Source: a virus (taxonomy: Duplodnaviria; Caudoviricetes). Taken from it: 39,788 bases of DNA. A program made the position numbers and the translations under genes. The notes below the pieces were generated by a model, which did no database searches, was not told the DNA's origin, and saw only the letters and a program-made list of their open reading frames with translations. The DNA lies in the IMG/VR virus record IMGVR_UViG_3300016484_000793, positions 1 through 39,788 of that record; one strand, written 5' to 3'. Of the stretch, positions 1 through 9,215 are shown piece after piece (the stretch's first letter is position 1; every line of letters starts with the position of its first letter).

Positions 1-827
1 TCAACGGCCTTGCGTTTGTGAACGGCGTCAACGCTGCGAACAAACTCATCCTGATGCAAAAGGGTGACTTCGCCGCTGGTATCTGGGTCGGCACCGAAGG
101 CGCGATCGTCAACGAAATCGACGTGAGCGGTAACATCGTTCAGTCGGGTAAAGTCCTCTCCGTGGATCCCATCTACGGATACATCGGCGTGGACTTCACG
201 CCTACAGTAGCAAGCTCTGTAGGCTCTCACCGCATTTGTTTCCAAGGTCAGGAAGAGGCCCGCGATGCTCCTGGTATCGTGAAGATCATGAGTACCACCG
301 GAACGCTATTCGGTATTTCTACAACGAAATACTCTCTCTGGAAGGGCAACGCGATCAACCTCGGCGGCGCGGTGAAACTCCAGCTCGCGAACGTTCAGGA
401 TGCAATCGCTCAAGCCGTTGCACGCGGCGGTCTTGACGGCGACATCGATCTCTACGTCAACCCACGTAGCTGGGCGCGTATGATCACGTCTGAATCTGCT
501 CTTCGCGTGTACGATGAATCGTACAAGTCGAACAAAGCAGAGAACGGCTTCCAGTCGATCGTCTTCTGGTCGCAGACGGGCCGCATCACTGTCAAAGCTC
601 ATCGCTTTGTCATGGAAGGTATCGCTGTAGGCCTTCACCTTCCGGACTGGACACGCTCTGGCTCCGCGGAAATCAGCTTCACCGTTCCCGGTTCTCCCCA
701 AGAGCTGATCTTCCCTCTGCATGACCAAACTGCATGGGCATTCCGCTCTTACTCCGATCAGTACATGTTCTGCCACGCTCCTGCGAAGAGCTTTTACATG
801 TACGGAATCGACGACGAAGCAGCGTAA
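1..827 (+). CDS. Major capsid protein, C-terminal part (joins 39302..39788; about 437 aa in total)
   Basis: Last base G + first TC = GTC(Val), then AAC GGC CTT..., in frame with ORF 18..827; lies after the scaffold; followed by a hairpin. Confidence 0.85.
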   Translation, partial: NGLAFVNGVNAANKLILMQKGDFAAGIWVGTEGAIVNEIDVSGNIVQSGKVLSVDPIYGYIGVDFTPTVASSVGSHRICFQGQEEARDAPGIVKIMSTTGTLFGISTTKYSLWKGNAINLGGAVKLQLANVQDAIAQAVARGGLDGDIDLYVNPRSWARMITSESALRVYDESYKSNKAENGFQSIVFWSQTGRITVKAHRFVMEGIAVGLHLPDWTRSGSAEISFTVPGSPQELIFPLHDQTAWAFRSYSDQYMFCHAPAKSFYMYGIDDEAA

Positions 828-873
828 TCGTCAGGGTTTTTGCTTCAGCCAAAGTTTTCTTCAATAGCCTAAA

Positions 874-906
874 GGCGATCTCCCGGATTCCGGGGGATCG
901 TCTCTT
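874..906 (+). terminator. 13-bp hairpin after the capsid gene (weak terminator/attenuator)
   Basis: GGCGATCTCCCGG-ATT-CCGGGGGATCGTC followed by only TCTT. Confidence 0.55.
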
Positions 907-921
907 CCGGGAGAATCTGAG

Positions 922-3900
922 ATGTCTATTCTTCGTCGGCTTTCCTATATCGGTTTTCTTTTTGCATTTGCCTCATCCCAAATCGCAAATGGAGCGATTT
1001 CCGTAAGCTGGCCGAAGATAGGCGGCTCAACCTATTCGGTCCCGCAGGCGGGGGAAACAGGATGGGCTAACCTCACAAACTACTTGGTAGCGCTTCAGAA
1101 CGCGCAGGGCACGACAAGCCAGACAATCGGCGTGCGCACGGCGACCACAACCCCGGTCACCGTCTCATCGGCGAACGATACCGTCATTGCTGTAAAACTC
1201 GCGGTGCCAGGCGCTTCCACGGTGAACCTGCCCGCGGGTTACACAGGCCAATATTTTGCGATCGTCGATGCAACGGGTGATGCTGCTACAAATAACATCA
1301 CGATCGACGCGAACGGATCCCAGACGATCAACGGCGCGCTGACCCTTGTCCTGAATCAGAACCGCCAGGGCATAGTCCTTATCTGGACTGGCACAGAATG
1401 GATCGTCTACGCGCAGTTTGGATCGACCGCTGGCGGCGGCATGACCAACCCGATGACGACCCAGGGTGACATCATCATCGGCGGTGCATCGGGAACTCCC
1501 GTTCGCCTGGCTGCTGTCGCAACGGGAAATGCCCTTATCTCTGGCGGCGTGGGCGCTGACCCTGCCTGGGGTAAGGTAGGCCTTACAACGCACGTTGATG
1601 GAACTCTGCCCGTTGCTAACGGCGGTACAGGGGTCACGTCATCGACGGGTACGGGCAATGTCGTTCTGTCGAACTCCCCGGCCCTGGTCACTCCCGCGCT
1701 TGGTACTCCTGCATCCGGCACGATGACAAACGTTACGGGCCTTCCCCTTACGACAGGCGTCACTGGCACACTTCCTGTAGCAAACGGTGGTACTGGAGTT
1801 ACGACATCGACAGGCACGGGAAGTGTCGTCCTATCAAGCTCGCCAACGCTTGTTACGCCAGCCCTCGGCACTCCATCGTCTGTAACGCTCACAAATGCAA
1901 CCGGGCTCCCTCTTACTACCGGCGTAACTGGTACGCTTCCCGTGGCAAACGGGGGAACAGGTGTAACGACTTCCACCGGAACGGGAAACACGGTCCTTTC
2001 CAATTCTCCGACTCTCGTGACGCCAGCCCTAGGAACTCCCTCCGCGGCGGTCCTCACGAACGCTACAGGCCTTCCGCTGATCTCTGGCGTGACCGGAACT
2101 CTCCCGACGACGAACGGCGGGACCGGTCAGAGCACGGCAAACGCCGGCTTCAATGCTCTGGCTCCATCCCAATCGGGAAACTCTGGAAAGTACCTGACTA
2201 CCGATGGGACGAATACAAGCTGGTCTGCAGTTTCTGGTTCTGACAGCCAGGGCATCAACTACATCACAAACGGGAGTTTTGAAAACACCGCGAACGCGGC
2301 TCAGCCTTCCGGATGGGTCGGCTTTACGGATGCCGCGGCGACAACTCCAGCGGACGGCACAGGCGGCACGAATCCCCCGACAGGCGTGACTTTCCTTGCA
2401 TCGACGACCTCCCCTCTTCGCGGCCTGGTCTCTGCGGTCCTCGCAAAGGATGCATCGAACCGCCAAGGCGCTGGCTACTCTTTTGACTTCACGATATCCG
2501 CGGTCGATGTTTCGAAGAAATTCCAGGCATCGCTTGATATGTCGGTCGCGTCTGGAACCTATGCTGCTGGCGATGTTCGCGTCTATCTCTATGACGTGAC
2601 GAACTCCACGCTTTTGACTCCGCAGACCGTGAATCTTCCTTCCGCGACGACGAGTTTTGTCACGACTGTGGACACGACGACATCGACCAGCTACCGCTGG
2701 ATCGTCTATGTGTCCTCGACCTCGGCATCTGCATACTCGCTGAAGTTTGACAGCATGTATGTTGGGCCTTCGCAGGTCTACAACGGTGCAGCGATAAGCG
2801 ACTGGCAGAGCTTTACACCTTCTTGGACAAACCTTGCTGTAAACAACGGTACATCAACAGGTATCTACCGAAGAAATGGCTCTAACATCGAAGTGGAAGC
2901 CAGTATTACCTGGGGATCTACAACTGCACTGACGAGTACACTCGGGATTAACCTTCCATCAGGCGTAACACTTGGAACAGTTACTGGAGCTGGTCAAGCT
3001 GTTGGTAGCGCTCGATTGCGTGATGCAGGTGTCGTTACCTACATCGGTACTGTAGCAATTAACACTACAAGCGGTGCTTCGAACATCGCGACAGTTTCCC
3101 TTTACAACAACGCTGCAGACGTTTCCAACACAGTTCCCTTCACCTTCGCTACAGGCGATACGGTGAGTGTTTGGTACTCGGTCCCCATCGCCGAATGGGC
3201 TGGCTCTGGCACGGTAAACATCGGGCCGGGTGCGCAGGTCGAGTATGCTTACAACAGCTCCAGCTCAGACAGTGATGACACTACCTCCTTTGCTTACGGT
3301 CCTCAGGGTAAGCAAATGACGGGAGCGCTGACAGCTCCACGAACTAAGTTGGTACGCTTTCAGTATCCTATTCAGACTGACGATGTACTCGCGTTGGAAT
3401 TTTCCAATGCTGCTTCTGGCCCGTGGGTCGATGTTGGAACAAGTGTCGCGGCTGGACAAGAGATGCAGCCGTTCCTGATTCAAAACACCAACAGTTACGG
3501 GGTAAGGTTGGGACGTGTTGCAGGCGATGCTGCAACAGACATCCGTGTCCAATTTGGGCAGTATCGATATGCAGCGGGCGCAACTTTTGGAGCAGCAGGA
3601 GACGCGTGGTCTACACAGTTTTTCTGGCGCGTCCGCAAAGCCAAAGCCTCATCCCCCGTAGGCTTCGGTCTCGCATCCGCAACTGACAGCGGCCTTGTAT
3701 CAACCACAACGCAGAGCTTTGCGGGTAATAAGACTTTTACGGGCGATATATCTGCGGCGAATCTTGTTGCTGGTAGGTATACGCCAACGGTTACAGCAAG
3801 CACGAACGTCTCCGCTGTCAGTAGCGTTGGAAGCGCCCACTACTCGAGAGTTGGAAACATCGTGACTGTGTCTGGTATGGTGGACATCACTTGTTCAGCA

Positions 3901-4128
3901 GCAGCAAACACCGCTTCTAGATTCTTCGTCACTCTTCCGATCGCATCCAATCTTACTTCCTACTATGACCTTCAAGGCAATGGGACGCGTGGTGCTGGGA
4001 CTGGAACTGCGTATTCATCTGTGCAACTAGGTGCGGATAGCACCAATGACAGGGCTTCGGTCGATTTCAATGCAACTCAAACTGCATTGGCTACAACTCA
4101 ATTTACCTTTCAATACGAAATCAAATAA
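922..4128 (+). CDS. Tail fibre / receptor-binding protein (1068 aa) with an N-terminal signal-peptide-like segment
   Basis: T/G/S-rich; LPVANGGTG shaft repeats; fibre-type modules (LPA..G..IVDATGDAATNNITI; TNPMTTQGDII; YSRVGNIVTV); SD GGAG at 910-913. Confidence 0.85.
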   Translation: MSILRRLSYIGFLFAFASSQIANGAISVSWPKIGGSTYSVPQAGETGWANLTNYLVALQNAQGTTSQTIGVRTATTTPVTVSSANDTVIAVKLAVPGASTVNLPAGYTGQYFAIVDATGDAATNNITIDANGSQTINGALTLVLNQNRQGIVLIWTGTEWIVYAQFGSTAGGGMTNPMTTQGDIIIGGASGTPVRLAAVATGNALISGGVGADPAWGKVGLTTHVDGTLPVANGGTGVTSSTGTGNVVLSNSPALVTPALGTPASGTMTNVTGLPLTTGVTGTLPVANGGTGVTTSTGTGSVVLSSSPTLVTPALGTPSSVTLTNATGLPLTTGVTGTLPVANGGTGVTTSTGTGNTVLSNSPTLVTPALGTPSAAVLTNATGLPLISGVTGTLPTTNGGTGQSTANAGFNALAPSQSGNSGKYLTTDGTNTSWSAVSGSDSQGINYITNGSFENTANAAQPSGWVGFTDAAATTPADGTGGTNPPTGVTFLASTTSPLRGLVSAVLAKDASNRQGAGYSFDFTISAVDVSKKFQASLDMSVASGTYAAGDVRVYLYDVTNSTLLTPQTVNLPSATTSFVTTVDTTTSTSYRWIVYVSSTSASAYSLKFDSMYVGPSQVYNGAAISDWQSFTPSWTNLAVNNGTSTGIYRRNGSNIEVEASITWGSTTALTSTLGINLPSGVTLGTVTGAGQAVGSARLRDAGVVTYIGTVAINTTSGASNIATVSLYNNAADVSNTVPFTFATGDTVSVWYSVPIAEWAGSGTVNIGPGAQVEYAYNSSSSDSDDTTSFAYGPQGKQMTGALTAPRTKLVRFQYPIQTDDVLALEFSNAASGPWVDVGTSVAAGQEMQPFLIQNTNSYGVRLGRVAGDAATDIRVQFGQYRYAAGATFGAAGDAWSTQFFWRVRKAKASSPVGFGLASATDSGLVSTTTQSFAGNKTFTGDISAANLVAGRYTPTVTASTNVSAVSSVGSAHYSRVGNIVTVSGMVDITCSAAANTASRFFVTLPIASNLTSYYDLQGNGTRGAGTGTAYSSVQLGADSTNDRASVDFNATQTALATTQFTFQYEIK
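1600..2127 (+). repeat. 165-nt (55-aa) tandem repeat, 3 full copies plus a partial one, in the fibre shaft
   Basis: GTLP(V/T)xNGGTG starts at 1600, 1765, 1930 and 2095. Confidence 0.9.
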
Positions 4129-4137
4129 GGAGCAACT

Positions 4138-4497
4138 ATGAAGCGCTTTTTCATTCTTCTGATCATGGCCCTTTTTCTACTTTGCGAAACTGCGATGGCA
4201 GCAAACGCAGCCCAGTCCCTGAAGTCGGTTGCGGCTGCCGCGCGTGTCACAAACGCGGCGGCGATTAAAGCAAGGCACGATGCTGCGATTACTCGCATGA
4301 CAGCCCTGCTCGTTGCGGAAGCCAACAAAGGCGAAGAGCGTTTTGCCCTTCCGCAGTCTGACCAGGACTATGATCTTTGGTCATCCCCTGCAGGCCTTAA
4401 ATACATTGAAGGGCGCGGGTTCAGCGTCACTGACATTTCTTATGCAAGCGGTCGCGTTTTGGAAATTTCCTGGGCTAATCCAACTCCTGATCCCTGA
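4138..4497 (+). CDS. Small secreted protein (Sec signal peptide)
   Basis: SD AAGGAG; MKR + hydrophobic core + AMA|A cleavage motif. Confidence 0.75.
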   Translation: MKRFFILLIMALFLLCETAMAANAAQSLKSVAAAARVTNAAAIKARHDAAITRMTALLVAEANKGEERFALPQSDQDYDLWSSPAGLKYIEGRGFSVTDISYASGRVLEISWANPTPDP

Positions 4498-4541
4498 AGA
4501 TCAGCGGTTGATTTTCTATTTCTGATTTTCAAGGAGTTATT

Positions 4542-4916
4542 ATGCCACGTACCCTAGGACCGAATTTCCGATCCGCAGAATACCAGCCAGGCCAGCCTTT
4601 GGGCGCTTTGTCGCAGACGGCTTTGCTGGTAGCTGACAACACAGCCGTCTATCCGAATGCGAAGACTCAGTTCCTTCGCGTTGGATCGAACGACACGACC
4701 GCAGCAAACCGTACCTTCACACTCGGCAACGGTTATATCGATGGCCAGCTTCTTTATCTGGCATTCGTGACCGGATCATCGACCACGGCGCAACTCGCGG
4801 ACAGCGGCAATCTCAAGCTCTCTGCGGCTTGGGAACCAACGATTGACGACACACTGACTCTCATGTGGGACGACACCGATAGCGTCTGGCGTGAGATCGC
4901 TCGCGTGGACAACTGA
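4542..4916 (+). CDS. Putative virion structural/decoration protein
   Basis: SD AAGGAG; beta-rich, ends LMWDDTDSVWREIAR like small fibre/decoration domains. Confidence 0.6.
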   Translation: MPRTLGPNFRSAEYQPGQPLGALSQTALLVADNTAVYPNAKTQFLRVGSNDTTAANRTFTLGNGYIDGQLLYLAFVTGSSTTAQLADSGNLKLSAAWEPTIDDTLTLMWDDTDSVWREIARVDN

Positions 4917-4917
4917 T

Positions 4918-5208
4918 ATGGCATCACCGACAAGGCAAGTCATCGAATCGCTGCAAGAGGCGATCAAGATGAAGAAGAAAGAATTCCGAAACCAGCGTGG
5001 CAAAGCCTATTTGCCCGATGACGAGGAAGAAGAAGACGAGGAAGTCTCTGAATCCCAATCCTTCAAACGAAAGAAGGAAGAGGACGAGGAAGAAGAGGAA
5101 GATGACATCCAGGAGGATGATGACTTCCGCGCTCAGAGACGAGACTTCATGCAGGGCCGCAAAACGGCCCAAGATCCGAAAGCGAAGCCTGGCCAAGGAA
5201 AGGCGTGA
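4918..5208 (+). CDS. Highly acidic/charged small protein
   Basis: ATG at 4918 right after the previous stop; D/E runs flanked by K/R patches. Confidence 0.65.
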   Translation: MASPTRQVIESLQEAIKMKKKEFRNQRGKAYLPDDEEEEDEEVSESQSFKRKKEEDEEEEEDDIQEDDDFRAQRRDFMQGRKTAQDPKAKPGQGKA

Positions 5209-5213
5209 TTGAC

Positions 5214-6155
5214 ATGGCGATTACATCGGAAAGATTCATTGCTTCAGTGAAACGTTTGACGGTCATGCCGTCGAATCAGGTTCTGTATAAAGACAACTCT
5301 GACTTTCTCGAAATGATTCACGAGAAGATGACAGACAAGCTTGTGCCGATCCTCGATAAGCTGAAACAGGAATATTTCGTTGCAACGCCGGTCGATATTC
5401 CGCTTGAGACTGGGAAGTATGAATACCGCTTCCCGTCCCGCTCCTACGGGCGAAAGTTCCGTGAAATAAAGCTCGTGACCTCCGATGGAAACTGCATCGC
5501 AAACTTCCCGCAGATTCCATTGGAGCGCGAGCATCTTTATCAGGCAGTGTCCCTGCCTTGGGGATTTCGATTTCAAGGGGATCGGATCGTAATTGTAGGC
5601 GCTCCGGATCCTGGCTATATCATCCGGGTCTGGTGGTTCCTTCCCCCGTCTAAGCCAGTCCTGGCTTCCGCTGCGGGGGTCATCCAATCGATCGTCGGGG
5701 ATGACATTACCCTTACCGCAACTCCCCCAGACACCTTCGTTCCGAACGCGCTCTTTGATCTCATCGACAAAGACGGGATGAGCCAGTGCATCGCGATCGA
5801 TCAAGAGGCGACGAATGTTTCAGGCAACACAGTTTCCTTCGCCACGGGCACGGTCTCAACTCTCGACCTTAGGCCTGGCGACTATCTGGCGCTGGCGGGT
5901 GAAAGCCCTGTCCTCCAGGTTCCCCAGACAGCGATGCCCTTCTTGCGAACGCTTGTGGCCTATGAGGCTTTGCTATCCATTTCCGACTCCGAAGCATCTG
6001 ACCGACTCGAAAAACTCCTGAAGGCTGAAGAGAAAGAATTACTCGCGCTCCAAGCCAATCGCGCAGACGGCGAGCCGACGATCCTTATCAACATGAACGG
6101 CTTCGCTCGCAGAGGTCGCGGAATCCGCGGCATCGGCATTGGACGGGGATACTAA
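5214..6155 (+). CDS. Putative head-tail adaptor / tail tubular protein A-like
   Basis: About 313 aa; G..EYRFP and late helical motifs; immediately before the ~1000-aa nozzle-like gene. Confidence 0.6.
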   Translation: MAITSERFIASVKRLTVMPSNQVLYKDNSDFLEMIHEKMTDKLVPILDKLKQEYFVATPVDIPLETGKYEYRFPSRSYGRKFREIKLVTSDGNCIANFPQIPLEREHLYQAVSLPWGFRFQGDRIVIVGAPDPGYIIRVWWFLPPSKPVLASAAGVIQSIVGDDITLTATPPDTFVPNALFDLIDKDGMSQCIAIDQEATNVSGNTVSFATGTVSTLDLRPGDYLALAGESPVLQVPQTAMPFLRTLVAYEALLSISDSEASDRLEKLLKAEEKELLALQANRADGEPTILINMNGFARRGRGIRGIGIGRGY

Positions 6156-9100
6156 ATGAGCAATAAATTCCCGGAAATCAGAAGCTTTTCTGGCCTTCAT
6201 CTTCAGGCCAACTCTTTCAACGTTCCCGATGGAGCGATGGAAGAGGCGCATAACGTCTATCTTCCATCTGATGATATCGTTTCGAAGATTCCGGGATTTT
6301 ACACCTTTTCCGAATTGGATGATGGGTACGCTGTCAAATGGATGGCGAAATACCAGAAAATTCCTGTGGCTTTCGCTGCGGATTCTGATGGCCTTGGCCA
6401 GGTCGCTACCTATCCTCTCAAAATTTTCGTCGATGACTTCAACTTCGTCGCGGACCCATCCATTGCGTCCGGATTTGACCCAGGAGTTGTTTATGGCTCA
6501 GCAGAACAGAATAAAAACCTCTATTTTGCAGGCGAAAACGGGACTTTCAAGATTGAATCGGTCTTTCCGGCGAGCGTGCTTAAAGCCGGTATTCCTCCTG
6601 CTCTGGATCTTTCAGCTTCCCTGCTGAAGACAAACGCGGGCCCTCTGACTCCGAACGCTGTGTTTGGATATAGAGCCGTTTTCGGTCGCCGCGACAGTAA
6701 CAACAACCTCTTGCTGGGAGCGCCTTCGGACGTTCTCTATGTGAACGTCCCAGCGGCTGGCGTCGATGCAACATACACGTCATCGGGTGCCGGCCCATAT
6801 ACCGTGACGGTGACGAAGACAGCGCATGGTCTCGTGACGGGCGATGTCATCCTCGTGAGCGGTGCGACGAATGCAAACGCGAACGGATCGCAGACCATAA
6901 CCGTCATCAACGCCAACAGTTTCAGCTATTCTGTGGCTTCTAACCCCAGCAACGGCGACCTAGATTATACCTTCACGCGGACCGCTGTCCTTGAGGCAGC
7001 GATTCCATCGGAAATCGACGATGGGAACATCGGGTACTTCGTTAGGTTTTTCCGCACGTCTCCATCTGATGATCTGGGATCCGCTCCTGAGCCTGATTTT
7101 GCGCTCATCGAAGAGCGTCTGCTCACCGCCGATGAAATTAGCCTCGGACTCGTCTTCTTCACCGATGACGTTGACCAGGGATTGGAAGGCGATGAGCTAT
7201 ACACCAATCCGAATTCGCGGGAAGGCGAAGCAGCTGCGAATGTGCGTCCTCCGAAAGCCAAGGACCTTGTGCTTTACAAGGAATACATGCTCTATTTAAA
7301 CATCGAGACGCGGCATCGTCTCTTTGTGAATCTCTTCGATACTCCGAGCACACAGAACCTTTCCGGCATCGGCGCGACCGAATCTTATTCAGCAGTCAGC
7401 TCAGGCCTGGCTAATAAAACCGTGCCAGCAAATGCCGTTTCCGGTACCGGCACCATATCGATTACAACTCCTGGCTCCCATGGCTTTAGCACCGGATGGC
7501 AGGTCCTAATCAGTAACGTGACAGGATCCCTTCCAGCGGGCCGCTACACGATCACTGTAACCGGGGCATCGACCTTCACGATCTCCTCTCCTGGTAACTC
7601 GGCAACGGCTCTCACGCTCGAAGCCGTGAACAACGGAACGAACGCGATCTACTGGAACGACACGAGCTCCGCATCGGTCGCGACCCAGATCGCGAACACC
7701 GCGCAGGCCTTTGTCAGAGCGATTAACAGGGAGTCGGTGGAGTATTACGCAAACTACCTTTCGACCTTCGAGGATTCACCTGGCCAGATCAAGATCGAAT
7801 CCAAATTCTTCAGCGATGATCCTTTCGTCCTGACTCCTCTGGGAGGAAATCCATACCTTCAGGCGATGCCGGCGACATCGACCAATGACAAGTATGAAGA
7901 CGGGGTCATGTGGTCTAAGGTGGGCGAGCCGGAAGCCGTTCCTGTCGGGAACTTCAAAAGGTCAGGGGATCCCGGCCAGGACATCCTGCGCGGCTTTTTA
8001 AACAGAGACTCAGCGGTAATCGTGAAGTCGGAAGGCTTTTATCGCTTCTCAGGCGATACGGCCAGAGACTTCACCATAACGCCGATAGATTCGACCTTTG
8101 TCCCGATCTCTCGTAAAAGCTGGGCATCGATCAATAATACGCTCATAGGCCTTACAGACCAAGGCCTTGCTATGGTTACTGAATCGAGCGCCCAGCTCAT
8201 TTCGCGAAGGGTCGATGACCTTTTTCTTCCCCTGGTCGGATACGCAGAATCTGAGTCCTTTGAATTCAACGCAGCGGTCGCATCAGAGCACACGGCTCTC
8301 TACTACCTTACGATCTGGGGTGAAGTCGGGGAGACCCTTACAACGCGCGAGCCGCAGCCCATCCGGACGATCGTCTATAACGTCAAAAATCGTACGTTCA
8401 CGACCTCCGGCGAATTCCTCGAATGCGGGGTAGCGGTCGGATCTGAGCTTTATTTTGCGGATCAGACGCGCGAAGGCTTCATCAAAAAGCAGCATAACTT
8501 TGGGAACGTTGCTGACTTCACGGGTGAATTCCGGAAGATTTCCGCGGCCATCGCGGATGCTTCCCAGGTGACCGCAACGATAACTCTGTCAACGGTTACG
8601 TCCCCGCCGACCTACAGCGATGCGATCGAGCCGGAAGAAGGCGATGCGATTATCTATAACAACGCCATCTCAAAAATCATCGCGGTGACTGACCTCGGCT
8701 CTAATCAATATGAAGTCACCTTCTCCACCAAGACAAACATCTCAACGGTCAGCCCGGTGGAATGCTTTCTATATAAGGGATACAGGTCATCCTTTGTCAT
8801 GGCTCCCTACCACGGCGGCCAGGTCTCCCTTTCAAAGCAATTCAGCCAGCTCCAGCTTCATATGCGCCAGCCAGGTGTTTCGAAGGCTCTTCTTGAATTC
8901 TCGACGGGATATTTCGATGGCTCCGAGGTTACGCCCTGGGAACTTGGTGCCGTGGACGAAGACTCTGGCGGCTGGGGTTCAGGGCCTTGGGGACTTTTCC
9001 CTTGGGGACTTCAGGCGGGCATCGGACTCATGCCGGGCACGCTCGCATCCTCGATTGTCCGGATCTATATCCCCCAGGCATCCCAAAGAGCAACGTACAT

Positions 9101-9197
9101 ACGCGCTAAATTCACTCATGACGAAGCCTGTGAGCCCATGCTCATCCAGGCATTGGCCTACGCAGTCAGACCATATGGCGAGCGGGTGAGCCGTTAA
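6156..9197 (+). CDS. Putative tail nozzle / tail tubular protein B (P22 gp10-like)
   Basis: 1013 aa, beta-rich; N-terminal FSGL..PDGAMEEAHNV; MWSKVGEPEAVP; GWGSGPWG near the C-terminus. Confidence 0.7.
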   Translation: MSNKFPEIRSFSGLHLQANSFNVPDGAMEEAHNVYLPSDDIVSKIPGFYTFSELDDGYAVKWMAKYQKIPVAFAADSDGLGQVATYPLKIFVDDFNFVADPSIASGFDPGVVYGSAEQNKNLYFAGENGTFKIESVFPASVLKAGIPPALDLSASLLKTNAGPLTPNAVFGYRAVFGRRDSNNNLLLGAPSDVLYVNVPAAGVDATYTSSGAGPYTVTVTKTAHGLVTGDVILVSGATNANANGSQTITVINANSFSYSVASNPSNGDLDYTFTRTAVLEAAIPSEIDDGNIGYFVRFFRTSPSDDLGSAPEPDFALIEERLLTADEISLGLVFFTDDVDQGLEGDELYTNPNSREGEAAANVRPPKAKDLVLYKEYMLYLNIETRHRLFVNLFDTPSTQNLSGIGATESYSAVSSGLANKTVPANAVSGTGTISITTPGSHGFSTGWQVLISNVTGSLPAGRYTITVTGASTFTISSPGNSATALTLEAVNNGTNAIYWNDTSSASVATQIANTAQAFVRAINRESVEYYANYLSTFEDSPGQIKIESKFFSDDPFVLTPLGGNPYLQAMPATSTNDKYEDGVMWSKVGEPEAVPVGNFKRSGDPGQDILRGFLNRDSAVIVKSEGFYRFSGDTARDFTITPIDSTFVPISRKSWASINNTLIGLTDQGLAMVTESSAQLISRRVDDLFLPLVGYAESESFEFNAAVASEHTALYYLTIWGEVGETLTTREPQPIRTIVYNVKNRTFTTSGEFLECGVAVGSELYFADQTREGFIKKQHNFGNVADFTGEFRKISAAIADASQVTATITLSTVTSPPTYSDAIEPEEGDAIIYNNAISKIIAVTDLGSNQYEVTFSTKTNISTVSPVECFLYKGYRSSFVMAPYHGGQVSLSKQFSQLQLHMRQPGVSKALLEFSTGYFDGSEVTPWELGAVDEDSGGWGSGPWGLFPWGLQAGIGLMPGTLASSIVRIYIPQASQRATYIRAKFTHDEACEPMLIQALAYAVRPYGERVSR

Positions 9198-9215
9198 TAG
9201 GAAAGGATTTGGAAG

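Noticed and set aside
800-870. T7-like capsid frameshift extension at GGGTTTTT
   Set aside because: The slippery-looking run lies after the TAA stop at 825-827
1407-2057. 216-aa minus-strand repetitive ORF
   Set aside because: Antisense shadow of the Thr/Gly fibre repeats; no SD or independent features
922-4128. Diversity-generating retroelement or invertible fibre cassette
   Set aside because: No reverse transcriptase, no adenine-specific TR/VR pair and no inverted alternative fibre ends seen
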